DNA of 64,000 nucleotides. Origin: an uncultured Chloroflexia bacterium. GTDB lineage: Bacteria > Chloroflexota > Chloroflexia > QHBQ01 > JADMIH01. Position numbers and translations under genes: made by a program. This document shows positions 42,076-52,743 of the stretch, one piece after another; the stretch's first letter is position 1, and every line of letters starts with the position of its first letter. The stretch lies in the NCBI GenBank assembly GCA_963837315.1, contig CAWINE010000005.1, forward strand, positions 189,207 through 253,206, read 5' to 3'. The notes under the pieces are model-generated. The model saw nothing but the letters and a program-made list of their open reading frames with translations, had not been told where the DNA came from and did not search any database.

Positions 42076-43674
42076 TCACCTGGCGCGTTCTGCCAGATGC
42101 ACAATATGAGCTACTCCCTCTGCAGCCTGCCGCAACATTTGCTGATCCTCTTTGCTATAGACCATCCCGTCGCGCCGAGCACCCAGTTTGAGCAAGCCTA
42201 CTTGCTCGCCTTCACTTTCCAGGGGCACCGTGAGCGCTCCGTTCCCCACGTTCCCGTCCCACCCTGGTAGAAGATGAACCACCTCCAACGCTCCGTTCTG
42301 CATCAGGTACACAGCGCCCGATTTGGCATTGAACGCAGTGGTAGTTTCGTCCAGCAGCCTTCTGCTTAGCTGCCTGGTGTCAAGCACGTCCCCAACCGAC
42401 CTTACCTGCTGGTCAAACGACTTCAGTTTCTTGGTGGCGTCCCGCGTTTCCTTGAAACGCTTGTCTACTGCCGATTGCAGGAGGTTCTTTATAGGGGTGA
42501 AGGTCGTAGTGAGTAGGAGGGTCGTTATTACGATAGCCGCGTCTGATTTCTCACCCGTCGCCGCAACAAACAGCTTTTGGAGCAACGCAATAGAGGCCGA
42601 GTAGAGACCCGCAAGTATAGCAGTGAGCGGCACGTATACGAGGGTGCGGTTAACGATGACGTCAATGTCGTACAGCCGGTATCGCAGCACAGAGAAAGCG
42701 ACTGTTAGCGGTAAGCAAAGAATCAGCAAGTTAGTGATGGGCGCGATTATCAGGTCATAGAGCATTCTAGTGGAATTAGGCAGCCCAGAGTCCTGGAGAA
42801 CAACGTAGGGCACAAATTGTGCAAAAATCCCGGCTACTAACATTGCCATGCCAAACACTACCCATTTGGTTTGGTGCCTCCGCGCCGGGCCTGACACCCG
42901 ACGATAGCGGTACACCTGGGCGTATACTCCGATACCCAGCACACCGATCGTAGCTGCAATTATGATCTCAATCGGCCAATTATTCGCATTGATAGGTGAA
43001 TTGTCGGGGATAATGAAATAGGCGGAAGAATAGGCTATCCAGAGGATAGCCCAAAGACGCATCCACCTCGGCTCAAACTTGCCGTCCGGGAACAAACCGA
43101 GGAATATCAGCCCGAAAGTAGTCCAGCCGATACTCAGAGAATTGACGGCAAGCCTCCATTCGGGTTGGGCTGCCACAAGCGTATTTGCGGTAAAAGAGAG
43201 AGCGGGGCCAAATGTGATGAGTGTGAACGAGACGGCGATTGCCATTAAGTCATTGGACTTACGCAAGAAGATAATGGTGCCAACAACGAGGAAACCGAGC
43301 ACCATGATCAGTTCGAGCGCAACGTTGTAGGCAGCATAGAAGCCGGGGGAGATGCCTAGCTGTTGCAAGCCATTCTGCACAGCATGCGGGTCAAGGTCGC
43401 CTGCTCTTGTAGTTGATGTGTCAATTATGAAAATAGACAGGAAGTTGAGCAGTTTGCTGAAGCGAACGGGAACGGCAGCAATAAGGATAACCACGGCAAG
43501 CGCCATCGCCGCCAGCCAACCCCCCCTGGCGAGCAAGAGCCAAACGCCATGCAAGCGAGTGCGAGTACCTACTTCACTTCCACTTTGGTGCTTGTCGGCA
43601 CTTGCGGTCGTGCTAGCTTCCACCGCGGCTTGCTGGCTTGCCGGTGCTGCTGTTGAGGGATGCTGAAGGTCCAT
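42076..43674 (-). CDS. polytopic membrane sensor-like protein with a C-terminal GAF-like domain and no output domain
   Basis: About 9 TM helices are followed by 'RYRLYDIDVIVNRTLVY' and then a soluble domain of about 150 aa. Confidence 0.4.
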   Translation of the reverse strand: MDLQHPSTAAPASQQAAVEASTTASADKHQSGSEVGTRTRLHGVWLLLARGGWLAAMALAVVILIAAVPVRFSKLLNFLSIFIIDTSTTRAGDLDPHAVQNGLQQLGISPGFYAAYNVALELIMVLGFLVVGTIIFLRKSNDLMAIAVSFTLITFGPALSFTANTLVAAQPEWRLAVNSLSIGWTTFGLIFLGLFPDGKFEPRWMRLWAILWIAYSSAYFIIPDNSPINANNWPIEIIIAATIGVLGIGVYAQVYRYRRVSGPARRHQTKWVVFGMAMLVAGIFAQFVPYVVLQDSGLPNSTRMLYDLIIAPITNLLILCLPLTVAFSVLRYRLYDIDVIVNRTLVYVPLTAILAGLYSASIALLQKLFVAATGEKSDAAIVITTLLLTTTFTPIKNLLQSAVDKRFKETRDATKKLKSFDQQVRSVGDVLDTRQLSRRLLDETTTAFNAKSGAVYLMQNGALEVVHLLPGWDGNVGNGALTVPLESEGEQVGLLKLGARRDGMVYSKEDQQMLRQAAEGVAHIVHLAERAR

Positions 43675-43711
43675 AGGAGCTTACTCCAACTAAGAATGCC
43701 TAACAAAATGT

Positions 43712-44028
43712 CTAAGACAAGTAGCACCAACAGATGAGAGCACAGCCTATCTCACCAGCTTCGTTGAGCTTATCAAGCAGCAGTTTGTGCAGCTTCTTCC
43801 CCACACCTGCCCCTTGCCGGTCTCTGACCCCACGCCAACACTTCATGCCGCTGCCACAACCCATCTCTTGTGGCAACATTTCCCATTGCAAGCCACTTTT
43901 GAGCACGAACACCATGCCGGTGAGCGCCGCTCGATCTGGAACACGAGGTCGTCCACCTTTTGGCTTGGGTTCTTCAGCAGGTAAGAGCGGCTCGATTACC
44001 TCCCACGAGCTCGTCTCATATCAGTGGT
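43712..44028 (-). mobile_element. IS5-family (IS427-group) transposase N-terminal remnant; the start codon and DDE domain are missing
   Basis: The minus-strand translation is 'SWEVIEPLLPAEEPKPKGGRPRVPDRAALTGMVFVLKSGLQWEMLPQEMGCGSGMKCWRGVRDRQGAGVGKKLHKLLLDKLNEAGEI'. It opens immediately after a TGA and runs about 95 aa before degenerating, and lies 100 nt from tRNA-Arg. Confidence 0.6.
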
Positions 44029-44129
44029 TTTGCCGTACCTAACTCTACCAAATCGGAGGGTTTTTGTTGGGCCTTCTAAGCTTGACACTGCATTTCCGTT
44101 ACCCTATTATAGCAGGGAGTAATATTAAT

Positions 44130-44205
44130 GCGCCCGTAGCTCAGGGGAGAGAGCAACTACCTTCTAAGTAGTGGGTCGGGGGTTCGAATCCCCTCCGGGC
44201 GCGCA
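44130..44205 (+). tRNA. tRNA-Arg (anticodon TCT)
   Basis: The gene shows a 7-bp acceptor stem, a GCTC/GAGC D-stem, the anticodon stem-loop ACTAC-CTTCTAA-GTAGT and a TTCGAAT T-loop, and is close to E. coli argU-type tRNA. It has one extra C between the T-stem and acceptor stem (cccctCc), which may be a homopolymer indel. Confidence 0.8.
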
Positions 44206-44476
44206 CCATACAGTTTGACACTCCCACAGACCCTCAAACTGTATCAAGGTTCGGAAAACCGATAGCCACGCCGACTATCCAGCCACAAACTGGAGGTTTT
44301 CTACGGTACTTCGTGATAGTCCGAATTGCGATATCGCTGGTATCCTGGATGTTCCTGGATGTTCCTGGATGTTCTGAGCACCTGGTGGAACTGCGTTGGT
44401 ATTTTTGGGACGGTTCCACAGGTAGCCTTTTTTTTGAGAATTTTGTCAATAATTGCTAGACTGCGGGGGGTTGCAG

Positions 44477-44863
44477 ATGTCACAAATACAGATCGAATTT
44501 GATAACCAAAAGCAGATGGAGCGCATAAGGGCGATGATCACTCCTCCGGAGATCCTTTACGCAGTATTTGACGAAAAAGGGCGCGGCACCGGCTTCGTGG
44601 GCATAACAGACCGGCGCATCATTTTCCTGGATGTGGGTGTGATCCGCAAAAAGAAACTTATTGTCTCGCTCCCTTATTCGAAAATCACCTCGATTGCAAC
44701 GGAAGATACGGGAGGCGTCATTTTTAACAGTAGCTATCTCCTCATCATGGCTGGCAACCGTGAATATGATTTCGAATTCCATACGAAGGAAAAGGCCCAT
44801 CGCGCTCACGAGCTGATCATGTGGAATCTGCTCGAAAACGAGCGCGCTGGGATAATGAGATAA
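44477..44863 (+). CDS. bacterial PH-domain protein (bPH_2 / YokE-like)
   Basis: 'TGFVGITDRRIIFLDVGVIRKKKLIVSLPYSKITSIATED...EFHTKEKAHRAHELI' matches the bPH_2 family. Confidence 0.6.
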   Translation: MSQIQIEFDNQKQMERIRAMITPPEILYAVFDEKGRGTGFVGITDRRIIFLDVGVIRKKKLIVSLPYSKITSIATEDTGGVIFNSSYLLIMAGNREYDFEFHTKEKAHRAHELIMWNLLENERAGIMR

Positions 44864-44899
44864 AAGTTCGCAGAGGTTCAGATTACGAGGAGGAAATCT

Positions 44900-45926
44900 A
44901 TGTCCAAGCGTATGTTGTCATACGTGGTAGTGTTGTTTGTAGGCATCATTCTGGGTGCGGCCTTACAACCGTTCCGAGCGCTACCGAGCTTTGCCCAGGC
45001 CGGTTGTCAGACATTCCCTGAAACCGGAAAGATAGTCTGTGATCCGTTCCCTGAGCTACTGGCAGACCCACGGTGGGCTTGCTCAGCAGGGTTATCCGCT
45101 CACCAATGCCTTCCCTGAGGTGAGCGACACTGATGGCAAAACATATACTGTCCAGTATTTTGAGCGTGCTGTATTTGAGGCTCACCCTGAAAACCAGCCG
45201 CCGAACAATGTTCTTCTTTCGCTCTTGGGCGCATTCAGACTGAAGGCCAAATACCCCGGCGGCGATCCCAGCGTTGCCGGCGGGGGGCCACCGCCTCCCG
45301 CGCAGGCTACTCCCACCACTGCACCGCCACCACCCGCGCAGGTTTTTGACATCGGGCCTGCAACGATCTATAAGGACTCGATTGGCTATCTACATGTCGT
45401 TGGTATTATTCACTATAATGGCACCGACGACCGCGCCAACCCTAATGTGACCATCACGCTATCGGATGCCGCCAAAAAAGTGCTCGCAACCGAGAACTCC
45501 TCGATGAGCCCCAGTCTCGTAAAGCCGGGGACGCTTATCCCATATCATGCGATTTTCGACTCGCCGCCCGCTTCGTATGCGAACGTCGAAATTAAATTTC
45601 AAGCCGATAAAGCATCCGACTTCGACGAAACGGAAAATCTCGCGAACTTTGCCGTTGACCAGCCAAGCATTATACAGCCGACCACTCAGTATGATCCCGT
45701 TAAAGTTGTAGGTAGGGTCGTAAATAACAACCCCAAGGCAGCGACGTTGGTTGAGATTATCGTGGTCATATATGACGGGAGCGGTAAGGTGTTGGACGTG
45801 GCTTCTTCCTTCGCCAAGCAGGACACCATCGAGGCCGGTCAATCCAGCCCCTTCGAGGTAGACAGCTATAATGCCAAGGGCGCAGCGAAAGTTGATTTCG
45901 TTATGAACGGCACGCCGTCCAACTGA
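44900..45926 (+). CDS. secreted hypothetical protein with an apparent frameshift near 45045
   Basis: The signal/TM is 'MSKRMLSYVVVLFVGIILGAA'. 'CQTFPETGKIVCDPF' in one frame continues as 'YWQTHGGLAQQGYPLTNAF...YTVQYFERAVFEAHPEN' in ORF 45039..45926. Confidence 0.5.
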
Positions 45927-45948
45927 GCGAAAGAGAGGGAAATCGATA

Positions 45949-46320
45949 ATGCCGGCACATCAGTCAATCGGGTTTCTAAAAGGCATGGGGATAGTCTTTC
46001 TTATCGCCGGCGTGCTTTTTTGCTTCGCGTATGGCGTTCAAGCTTTCCAGGGTGCCGTTGCGCCTTACGGAAGCATCGAGCATGGGTTGGCCACACTTTT
46101 CGCTATCGTTGCGGCTGCTGGCCTCCTCGCGGGTGGCTTTGTATGGTCGCTTTGCTTCGTGCTGGCCATCGTTGCCGAGGGCATATTGGATAATGGCGAT
46201 CGTCTCGATGAGGTCAATCGTAATCTTTACAGGATAAGACGCGCTACCCGCAATTCATCCCGCTCGGCTTCCTCGATCCAATCCTCTGAGCCTTCGCGCC
46301 TGCCAAGAATCAATCGCTAG
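45949..46320 (+). CDS. hypothetical small membrane protein
   Basis: It has 3 TM helices and a Ser/Arg-rich tail. Confidence 0.3.
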   Translation: MPAHQSIGFLKGMGIVFLIAGVLFCFAYGVQAFQGAVAPYGSIEHGLATLFAIVAAAGLLAGGFVWSLCFVLAIVAEGILDNGDRLDEVNRNLYRIRRATRNSSRSASSIQSSEPSRLPRINR

Positions 46321-46329
46321 GCTGCTCAT

Positions 46330-46520
46330 GACCCGCAAGCGCACCATGCCCACGAACTGATCATGTGGGATCTGCTCCAAAACGAGCGCGATGGAATGAT
46401 GGGATAACTGAGGAACAACAAACTGCACGAAAAGCGCGTGCCTAGCGTGCGGGACTTTATGCCGGGACGTACTGCACGGTCCTCTAAGTAGTGGGTCGGG
46501 GTTCGGATCCCACCGAGCGC
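46330..46520 (+). other. 3' stub of a diverged second bPH_2 gene (46330..46405) plus a partial tRNA-Arg 3'-half copy (46478..46520)
   Basis: 46337..46405 is about 80% identical to 44800..44865, the last 20 codons of the bPH gene. 46478..46520 ('cctctaagtagtgggtcggggttcggatcccaccgagcgcgcac') matches the tRNA-Arg anticodon loop through its 3' end. Confidence 0.65.
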
Positions 46521-46627
46521 GCACGACACGCAACCGCTCGCGGTGACTATTCGTTACACGGATGAGCAGAGGCGCGGAGGGTTTTCCTCACGCATAAACA
46601 CTTGCTCTACTCTGGTATAATAGTGCC

Positions 46628-47564
46628 ATGCCTACACTGGCTATCATAATTGTCAATTACAATACTCGCGAGCTGCTCAGCCACTGCCTCAAATCCGTAT
46701 ACGCGAGCCAAACGCGCAACCGGTATAACGCCATCGTCGTTGACAACCATTCGTCAGACGGCAGTGCCGAGCTAGTCTCAGCGCGCTTTCCCCAGGCAAC
46801 CCTCATCCGGAGTGACCGCAATGGAGGGTTCGGCTACGCGAACAACCTGGCGCTGCGATGGCTGGCAAGCCAGAATGCTCTCCCGGAGGAAGGCACGAAA
46901 GGCGGAAGCATCACCGCGACGGACCTGCCCGGGTAAACAACCGCGGACGAAGTGCCGGAATACGGTAGCTCGCCATACAAGTTCCCCTGCGACTATGTGC
47001 TCTTCCTCAATCCCGACACAGTCCTCCCCGAGAACGCTCTCGGGGTCACGGTGGACTTCATGGAGCAGCGCCGCGAGGCGGGCATTATGGGGCCGAAAGT
47101 TATCAAGCCCGACGGCACGCTCGATCTCGCATGCAGACGCTCTTTCCCGACGCCCACATCGGGCCTCTTCAAGCTGGCGGGCCTCAGCAAACTATTTCCC
47201 AGGAATCGTGCCCTGGCCAGATATAATCTCACCTATTTGAGCGACGACGAGACCGCCGAAGTGGATTCGGTGATGGGCGCTTATATGCTGGTACGCTCCG
47301 AGGCATTGGCGCAGGCCGGGCCTGTACGACGAGCGGTTTTTCATGTACGGCGAAGACCTGGACATGGCTTTTCGCGTCAAGGAGCGAGGCTGGAAGGTGT
47401 TTTATCACCCTGCCGTGGAAGTGCTCCACCACAAAGGAGCGAGCAGCCGTAAGCAGAGCGAGCGCTCGATACGCGAGTTCTACCTGGCAATGCACATCTT
47501 CTACCGCAAGCACTACGCTGAGCGCTACAATGGCCTGGTAAATGCTGTCGTAAAGCAGGTATAA
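46628..47564 (+). CDS. GT2-family glycosyltransferase with 2 apparent frameshifts (near 46930 and 47340)
   Basis: 'LAIIIVNYNTRELL...VVDNHSSDGS' and 'DYVLFLNPD' lie in the first two frames. 'MYGEDLDMAFR' lies in three consecutive ORFs. Confidence 0.7.
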
Positions 47565-48077
47565 CCGCCAGGGGCACGCTTGCCCTGACCCAAAACGCCC
47601 TCAGGCCCGTGGAGCGAAAGCGGGTAACCTGAGGACGGAAACGTGAAACGTGAAACGTAAGACGTAACCGCCAAGACGCCAAGTTCCGCCAAGGTCGCCA
47701 AGATTATTCAAGATTATTATTGTTTTGACCGTAAAATACCATTAGCGAAGCGAACTCTTGTCACTAAATTCTCTGTGATTTAAAACCACAAAACCTTCGT
47801 GATCTTTGTGCTCTTAGTGTCTTTGTGGTTCAAATCGTAAAAACCTTGGCATCTTGGCGTCTTGGCGTTGAAAAATAAGTAGTAAGCAGTAGAAGCATGA
47901 CACTGGACCAGTCTTCGAGGGCAACAGAAGGGCGTAGGGAAGTGCGTAGTATACCCCGTGTAGCGGGCGGCCACGCGCCTATGGCCGAGCCTGAGCCTGA
48001 CGCGGCTGAGAACGGCGTGGCGGCTGTCACCCGCATTCTCAGCCCGGAGGAAGCCGTCGCCATAGCCCGCTCGTCCC

Positions 48078-49574
48078 ATGCGCAAGCTCAAATCCCACCA
48101 ACGGTGGCCGAAGAGACGCGCAGCCCGGTGCCCATACCCTCCCTGCCGCCCGGCAGCGCATGCGCCTCTCCGGCTGACGCCGGTCGTGCTCGTGCTGGTG
48201 CAGATGGTGATCGACGTGATGAGCGTGGCCGGCGCATTTGGGCTGGCGTACTGGCTCCGCTTCAAGTCGGACATTATCCCCCAATTCGCCGAACCGGATA
48301 ACCCCACATACGCGACCATGCTCGCTGTGACGATCGTCACGATGCTGGTCACTTTCTACTTCAGCAGGCTCTATAGCTTCAAGCGTGGGGCCTCCCGGGT
48401 GGATGAATTCTACAAAATAGCGGCTGCCGTCTCGATGGGCACCGTGCTTACCCTGGCGATCAACTCGCTCATACTTGGCGATAAATTCGTCTATTCGCGC
48501 CAGATTCTGCTGATAGGCTGGCTGATGGCCATCGGCTTCGTCACGATCAGCCGCATCCTTTACAGCGTCGCCGTGGGCGAGCTTCGCAAGCATGGGGTGG
48601 ACCGTGCGCGGGTGCTCGTAGTGGGCACAGGGCCGACCGCTTACGCAGTCGTAACAAGGCTGGACAAGCACCGCACACTCGGCTACAAAGTCGTGGGCAT
48701 GGTAAGCGAAAACTACCTGGGCGACGTCCCGCAGGAAACTGTCGGGCGCATTCAAGTGCTGGGCAAGTTATCGAACCTCCTGGAGATCGTGCGCCGTGAG
48801 AAAGTGGACGAGGTAGTCGTGGCGCTGCAGGGCGCGTCGGACCGCGATTTGCGCGATATCATGAACTTGATCCAGGACGAAAGCGTGTCGGTGAAGATTT
48901 ACCCCGATGCGTTCCAGCTTATGACCCAGAACGAAGTGAGCGTCGGCGAGCTGAGTGGCCTTCCTTTGATCACGGTAAAGGATGTAGCGCTGCGCGGCTG
49001 GAACCGGCGGCTAAAGCGCGCTTTCGATATTTTCTTCAGTGCGCTCATACTTGTGCTGACAGCGCCCATCATGCTGGTTATTGCCCTGGCGGTAAAGCTG
49101 AGCAGTTCCGGCCCGGTCTTCTTCATACAGGAGCGCGTGGGACTGGATGGCAACCCGTTCGCGCTGGTAAAGTTCCGCAGTATGCGTACCGATGCCGACC
49201 CCACAGGCTGGACTACCGAAAACGACCCACGCCGCACGAAGGTCGGTAGCTTTATCCGCAGGTTTTCGCTTGACGAGCTGCCGCAATTTTTCAACGTGCT
49301 TGTGGGCGAGATGAGCATAGTCGGCCCCCGCCCTGAGCAGCCCGAATACGTCAAGGAGTTCACTGAGAAGATCGGCCAGAGGTATCTGCTCCGCCACAGG
49401 GAGAAAGCAGGCATAACAGGCTGGGCGCAAATCAACGGTATGCGCGGCGATAGCTCCATCGAGCTACGCACTGCCATGGACATCTACTATGTGGAGCACT
49501 GGTCGGTGCTGTTCGACCTCAAGATCATCGTGCGCACCGTCGTCGCGATGTTCCGGGGCAAAAACGCCTACTAA
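48078..49574 (+). CDS. undecaprenyl-phosphate hexose-1-phosphate transferase (WbaP/WcaJ-like bacterial sugar transferase)
   Basis: The C-terminal domain 'KRAFDIFFSALILVLTAPIMLVIALAVKLSSSGPVFFIQERVGLDGNPFALVKFRSM...SIVGPRPE' is the sugar-transferase core. The true start is probably internal to the listed ORF. Confidence 0.85.
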   Translation: MRKLKSHQRWPKRRAARCPYPPCRPAAHAPLRLTPVVLVLVQMVIDVMSVAGAFGLAYWLRFKSDIIPQFAEPDNPTYATMLAVTIVTMLVTFYFSRLYSFKRGASRVDEFYKIAAAVSMGTVLTLAINSLILGDKFVYSRQILLIGWLMAIGFVTISRILYSVAVGELRKHGVDRARVLVVGTGPTAYAVVTRLDKHRTLGYKVVGMVSENYLGDVPQETVGRIQVLGKLSNLLEIVRREKVDEVVVALQGASDRDLRDIMNLIQDESVSVKIYPDAFQLMTQNEVSVGELSGLPLITVKDVALRGWNRRLKRAFDIFFSALILVLTAPIMLVIALAVKLSSSGPVFFIQERVGLDGNPFALVKFRSMRTDADPTGWTTENDPRRTKVGSFIRRFSLDELPQFFNVLVGEMSIVGPRPEQPEYVKEFTEKIGQRYLLRHREKAGITGWAQINGMRGDSSIELRTAMDIYYVEHWSVLFDLKIIVRTVVAMFRGKNAY

Positions 49575-49712
49575 TTGCGGACCGTCCAATTGCGGATTGC
49601 GGATTGCGGATTAAAGTATGACCACTGACGACCAAAGAAATCAGAATACAGACCAGAGCGAATTGGAGCCGGTCAATCCGCAATCCGCAATCCGCAATCC
49701 GCAATCTAACAC
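49575..49712. repeat. inverted heptamer arrays TTGCGGA x3 ... TCCGCAA x4 forming a potential long hairpin in the moaC leader / 5' end
   Basis: Read directly. The moaC reading frame stays open back through the TCCGCAA array. Confidence 0.7.
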
Positions 49713-49738
49713 ATCTTGACGACCGGGGCAATGCCCGC

Positions 49739-50170
49739 ATGGTCGATGTGGGGGCCAAGTCCGACACGGAGCGTACCGCGACAGCGCGTGGCGAGGTGAC
49801 ATTGAGCCGTGCAACTCTTGACCTCATCCGCGATGGAAAGACGCCCAAAGGTGATGTGCTGGCGGTGGCCCGCGTGGCGGGCATTATGGCGGCCAAGAAA
49901 ACGCCCGACCTTGTGCCACTATGCCACCCTATAATGCTCACATCGGTGCACCTCGACTTCGAGCTGCAAGAATGGGGCATCGAGATAACGGCAACCACCA
50001 AAAGCGTCGGGCCAACGGGCGTCGAGATGGAAGCCCTCACGGCTGTCTCGGTGGCCGCACTCACCGTCTATGATATGCTCAAAGCCGTCGAGCGCAACGC
50101 CACTATCACCAACATCCGGCTTGAGTACAAAGAGGGCGGCAAAAGCGGGATCTGGAAGCGCAACGATTAG
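49739..50170 (+). CDS. moaC: cyclic pyranopterin monophosphate synthase accessory protein MoaC
   Basis: 'DVGAK..TER.A.A...V' and 'PLCHPI' with 'GVEMEALTA' match MoaC. The true start is probably about 30-40 nt upstream at a non-ATG codon ('[15 protein letters not shown]'). Confidence 0.85.
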   Translation: MVDVGAKSDTERTATARGEVTLSRATLDLIRDGKTPKGDVLAVARVAGIMAAKKTPDLVPLCHPIMLTSVHLDFELQEWGIEITATTKSVGPTGVEMEALTAVSVAALTVYDMLKAVERNATITNIRLEYKEGGKSGIWKRND

Positions 50171-50399
50171 CCCGTTGCATAATCCAGCCCAACCCCAGCA
50201 CGATCAAGGGACGTCATAGAGGAATAAGCGTGCCCGTGAAGCAAGGGCGAAACTGCGTCCTTGCTTCACGGGCGCGGACCCGCGCTGCCAGGTCATGGGC
50301 GCCCCTGCAGGGCGGCAGCCGCCAAATGGGGCACAGGTTTGCTTGTCGCTGTGTCCTCGAAATGGGCACAGTCGCCCACCGCGTAGACGTTCGCTTTGC

Positions 50400-52743
50400 T
50401 CACTTCTTGTCCCCCTGTTCCGTGTCCGCTTCACGCGATGTCTGTACGTTCCGACTTCCCTGCCTGCTCTGGGGTGGAGTGTGCTTCACCTGGACGTCCA
50501 GCCCACCGTCCGCTCGCGTAACTTCTACCTCGATATCATCGCCATGGCGGACAAAGCGGAGGTCGGCGCTGCCTTTGCCAACCTGAAGGCCGCATACCTC
50601 AAGGCTGTCGACCATGTTCGGGAGGGAGGGGTGGCCCACGATTAGACTGTTGTTGAATCCATCCGGCTCAAAGCCCAGCATAGTAGTTACCATATAAGGC
50701 ACCGAACCAGCCGCCCAGGCCTGAGGGTGGCAGGCGACCGGATAATGCACCGGCACGCCAAATCGCTTGCGCTCGAAACCGGCGAACAACTCCGGGAGAC
50801 GGTAATGGTTGAAGCGCATGGCCGCATCCACGATCCCGTTGCATACTTTGGCCGCTTCTTCAACGGCACCATGTCGCCTGAACCCCGCTGCGATTATTGA
50901 GTTGTCATGCGGCCACACGGTGCCCAGGTGATAGGCTATAGGATTGAAGCGCCTGGCTTTTGATGTCAGCGTACGGATGCCCCACCCGCTGTACATTTCG
51001 TCTGACATCAACTGCTCGACCGTACGCGCTGCCTTGTCCCGGTCGCAGATGCCTGTCCAAATGCGCCTGTCCGGGATTGGAAGAGAGCACAGCGCATGGT
51101 TCTCCGCCCTTTTGCAACGCCAGCGCGTAGAAGCCATCTTTGTCCAGCCAGAAGTCTCGGTTGAAGCGCTCTTTCAGGTCGGCAGCCTCCTTCTCCAGTT
51201 GGGCAGCTCTTTTCTCGTCACCGGCTCGCCTGTAAAGGTTGGCTATTTCACGTTTGGCGTAGTAAGCATAACCTTGCACCTCCACGAGTGCTATGGGGGG
51301 CCGGGCCAGGCTGCCGTCGGCGTTGACTATGGCATCGCCCGAGTTTTTCCAGCCCTGGTTTGCGAGGCCCCCTCATCCTTGGTCCCCCGAGCGCTCTCGT
51401 AGTCTATGTAGCCATCGCCATCCGTATCGCCGTAGTCGCGCATCCAGTTGAGTGCCTGTTCGATGTTATCCTTGAGATCGGTGAATATCCGCTTGTCGCC
51501 GGTCCATTTAGTGTATTCGCCCATTAGGACCAGAAAGAGGAGGGTCGCATCGATGCTACCGTAGTAGGGCGACTGAGGTATCTCGTTCAGGCGGGCCATC
51601 TCTCCAACACGTAACTCGTGTAATATCTTGCCCGGTTGCTCGTCCCGATAGTCATCCACCTTCGTGCCCTGATACTTCGCAAGGAGGCGCAAGGTCTGCT
51701 CGGCAATGGACGGACGAAAAGCCAGGGTTTGCAGGGCGGTGATCAGGCTGTCGCGCCCGAAGAGAGTGCCGAACCAGGGCAGGCCCGCGGCAAAGAAGTT
51801 TTCCTCGTCAAGACAACTTCTCAAGACATGGAGGTCGCGCAGCGAGCGGTCGAGGACATTATTCACAAGGAGAGAGTCGGTAGTTACAGAGGTCTGGTCG
51901 CTCAGCCACTTATCGGCTGACTTATCGAATTGTTTGGTAGCTCCTTTAACATCAGGGTGGAACCTCGTCTTTGGTCGGGCATCCTCTTTCTTCTCCGTCT
52001 CGGCCAGGACTACCGAAATAAGGAGTTGTTTGCGCTCCCTCGCTTTCAGGCTGATGTCGAAGTGGGCTGTCTCATCATGTGTGGCCCTGGGTTGCTCCGA
52101 GAAGATAGATCGAGACGCTCCTATAAAGGCCGTCCGCGCCATCATACGCAAAGGTGAGCGCATCGCCTTCCCATTTGCTCGGGTGCAGCTTGCCCAGCTT
52201 CTTAGGTAACAGCCCGCGCACGTCGAATATGTCCTCGAACTCGGCGCGAAATCGGAAGGAGAGCGGGAAAGATGCGGGTTCTTCGCTGTAGTTTTCGAAG
52301 GTAAGCAAGTCGCTCAACATAAGCTTTTCGTTGTCGAGCATGCGCTCCCACTCGATCCCTATCTTCTCCTTTTCAATGAGAGTGCCATCTTGCATGTGCA
52401 GGTCAGGGTTGGTCAGCTCAAAGACCGACATGTAGCCCCGCTCGGCGCTTGCCACCAGACTGCTTGGGCGCACGCCGGCAATTTTCATTTCGAAGCCGTT
52501 CAGGTAGCGGCAGTCGTGGTAATAGAGGCCGTAGCCATGTCCCTCGCTCATCGGCACTCGCCCGTCGGGTAACGTTAGAAAGAAAATGTCGCCTTCCTTG
52601 ATGACAATAGCGTCCGATATGTTGCGCACAACCGAAGGCGTGCCCTGGGTAAGCACACGCTGCTTACGCTCGCTCTTCTGCTGGGGCGTCATCTCATGCT
52701 TCTTACTGTTTTCTGATTGAGCTACGTGGTCTGTTTGCTGCAT
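50400..52743 (-). pseudogene. glycogen-debranching / amylo-alpha-1,6-glucosidase family protein (GDE_N + GDE_C) split into 4 frames
   Basis: The N-terminal domain is 'IKEGDIFFLTLPDGRVPMSEGHGYGLYYHDCRYL' (52075..52743). The GDE_C domain is 'FAAGLPWFGTLFGRDSLITAL' (51327..52163). The C-terminus 'MYSGWGIRTLTSKARRFNPIAYHLGTVWPHDNS' is at 50400..51137. Confidence 0.7.

Noticed and set aside
46406-46520. Second intact tRNA gene
   Set aside because: Only the 3' half (anticodon loop to acceptor end) is present. Upstream sequence cannot form D-arm or acceptor pairing.
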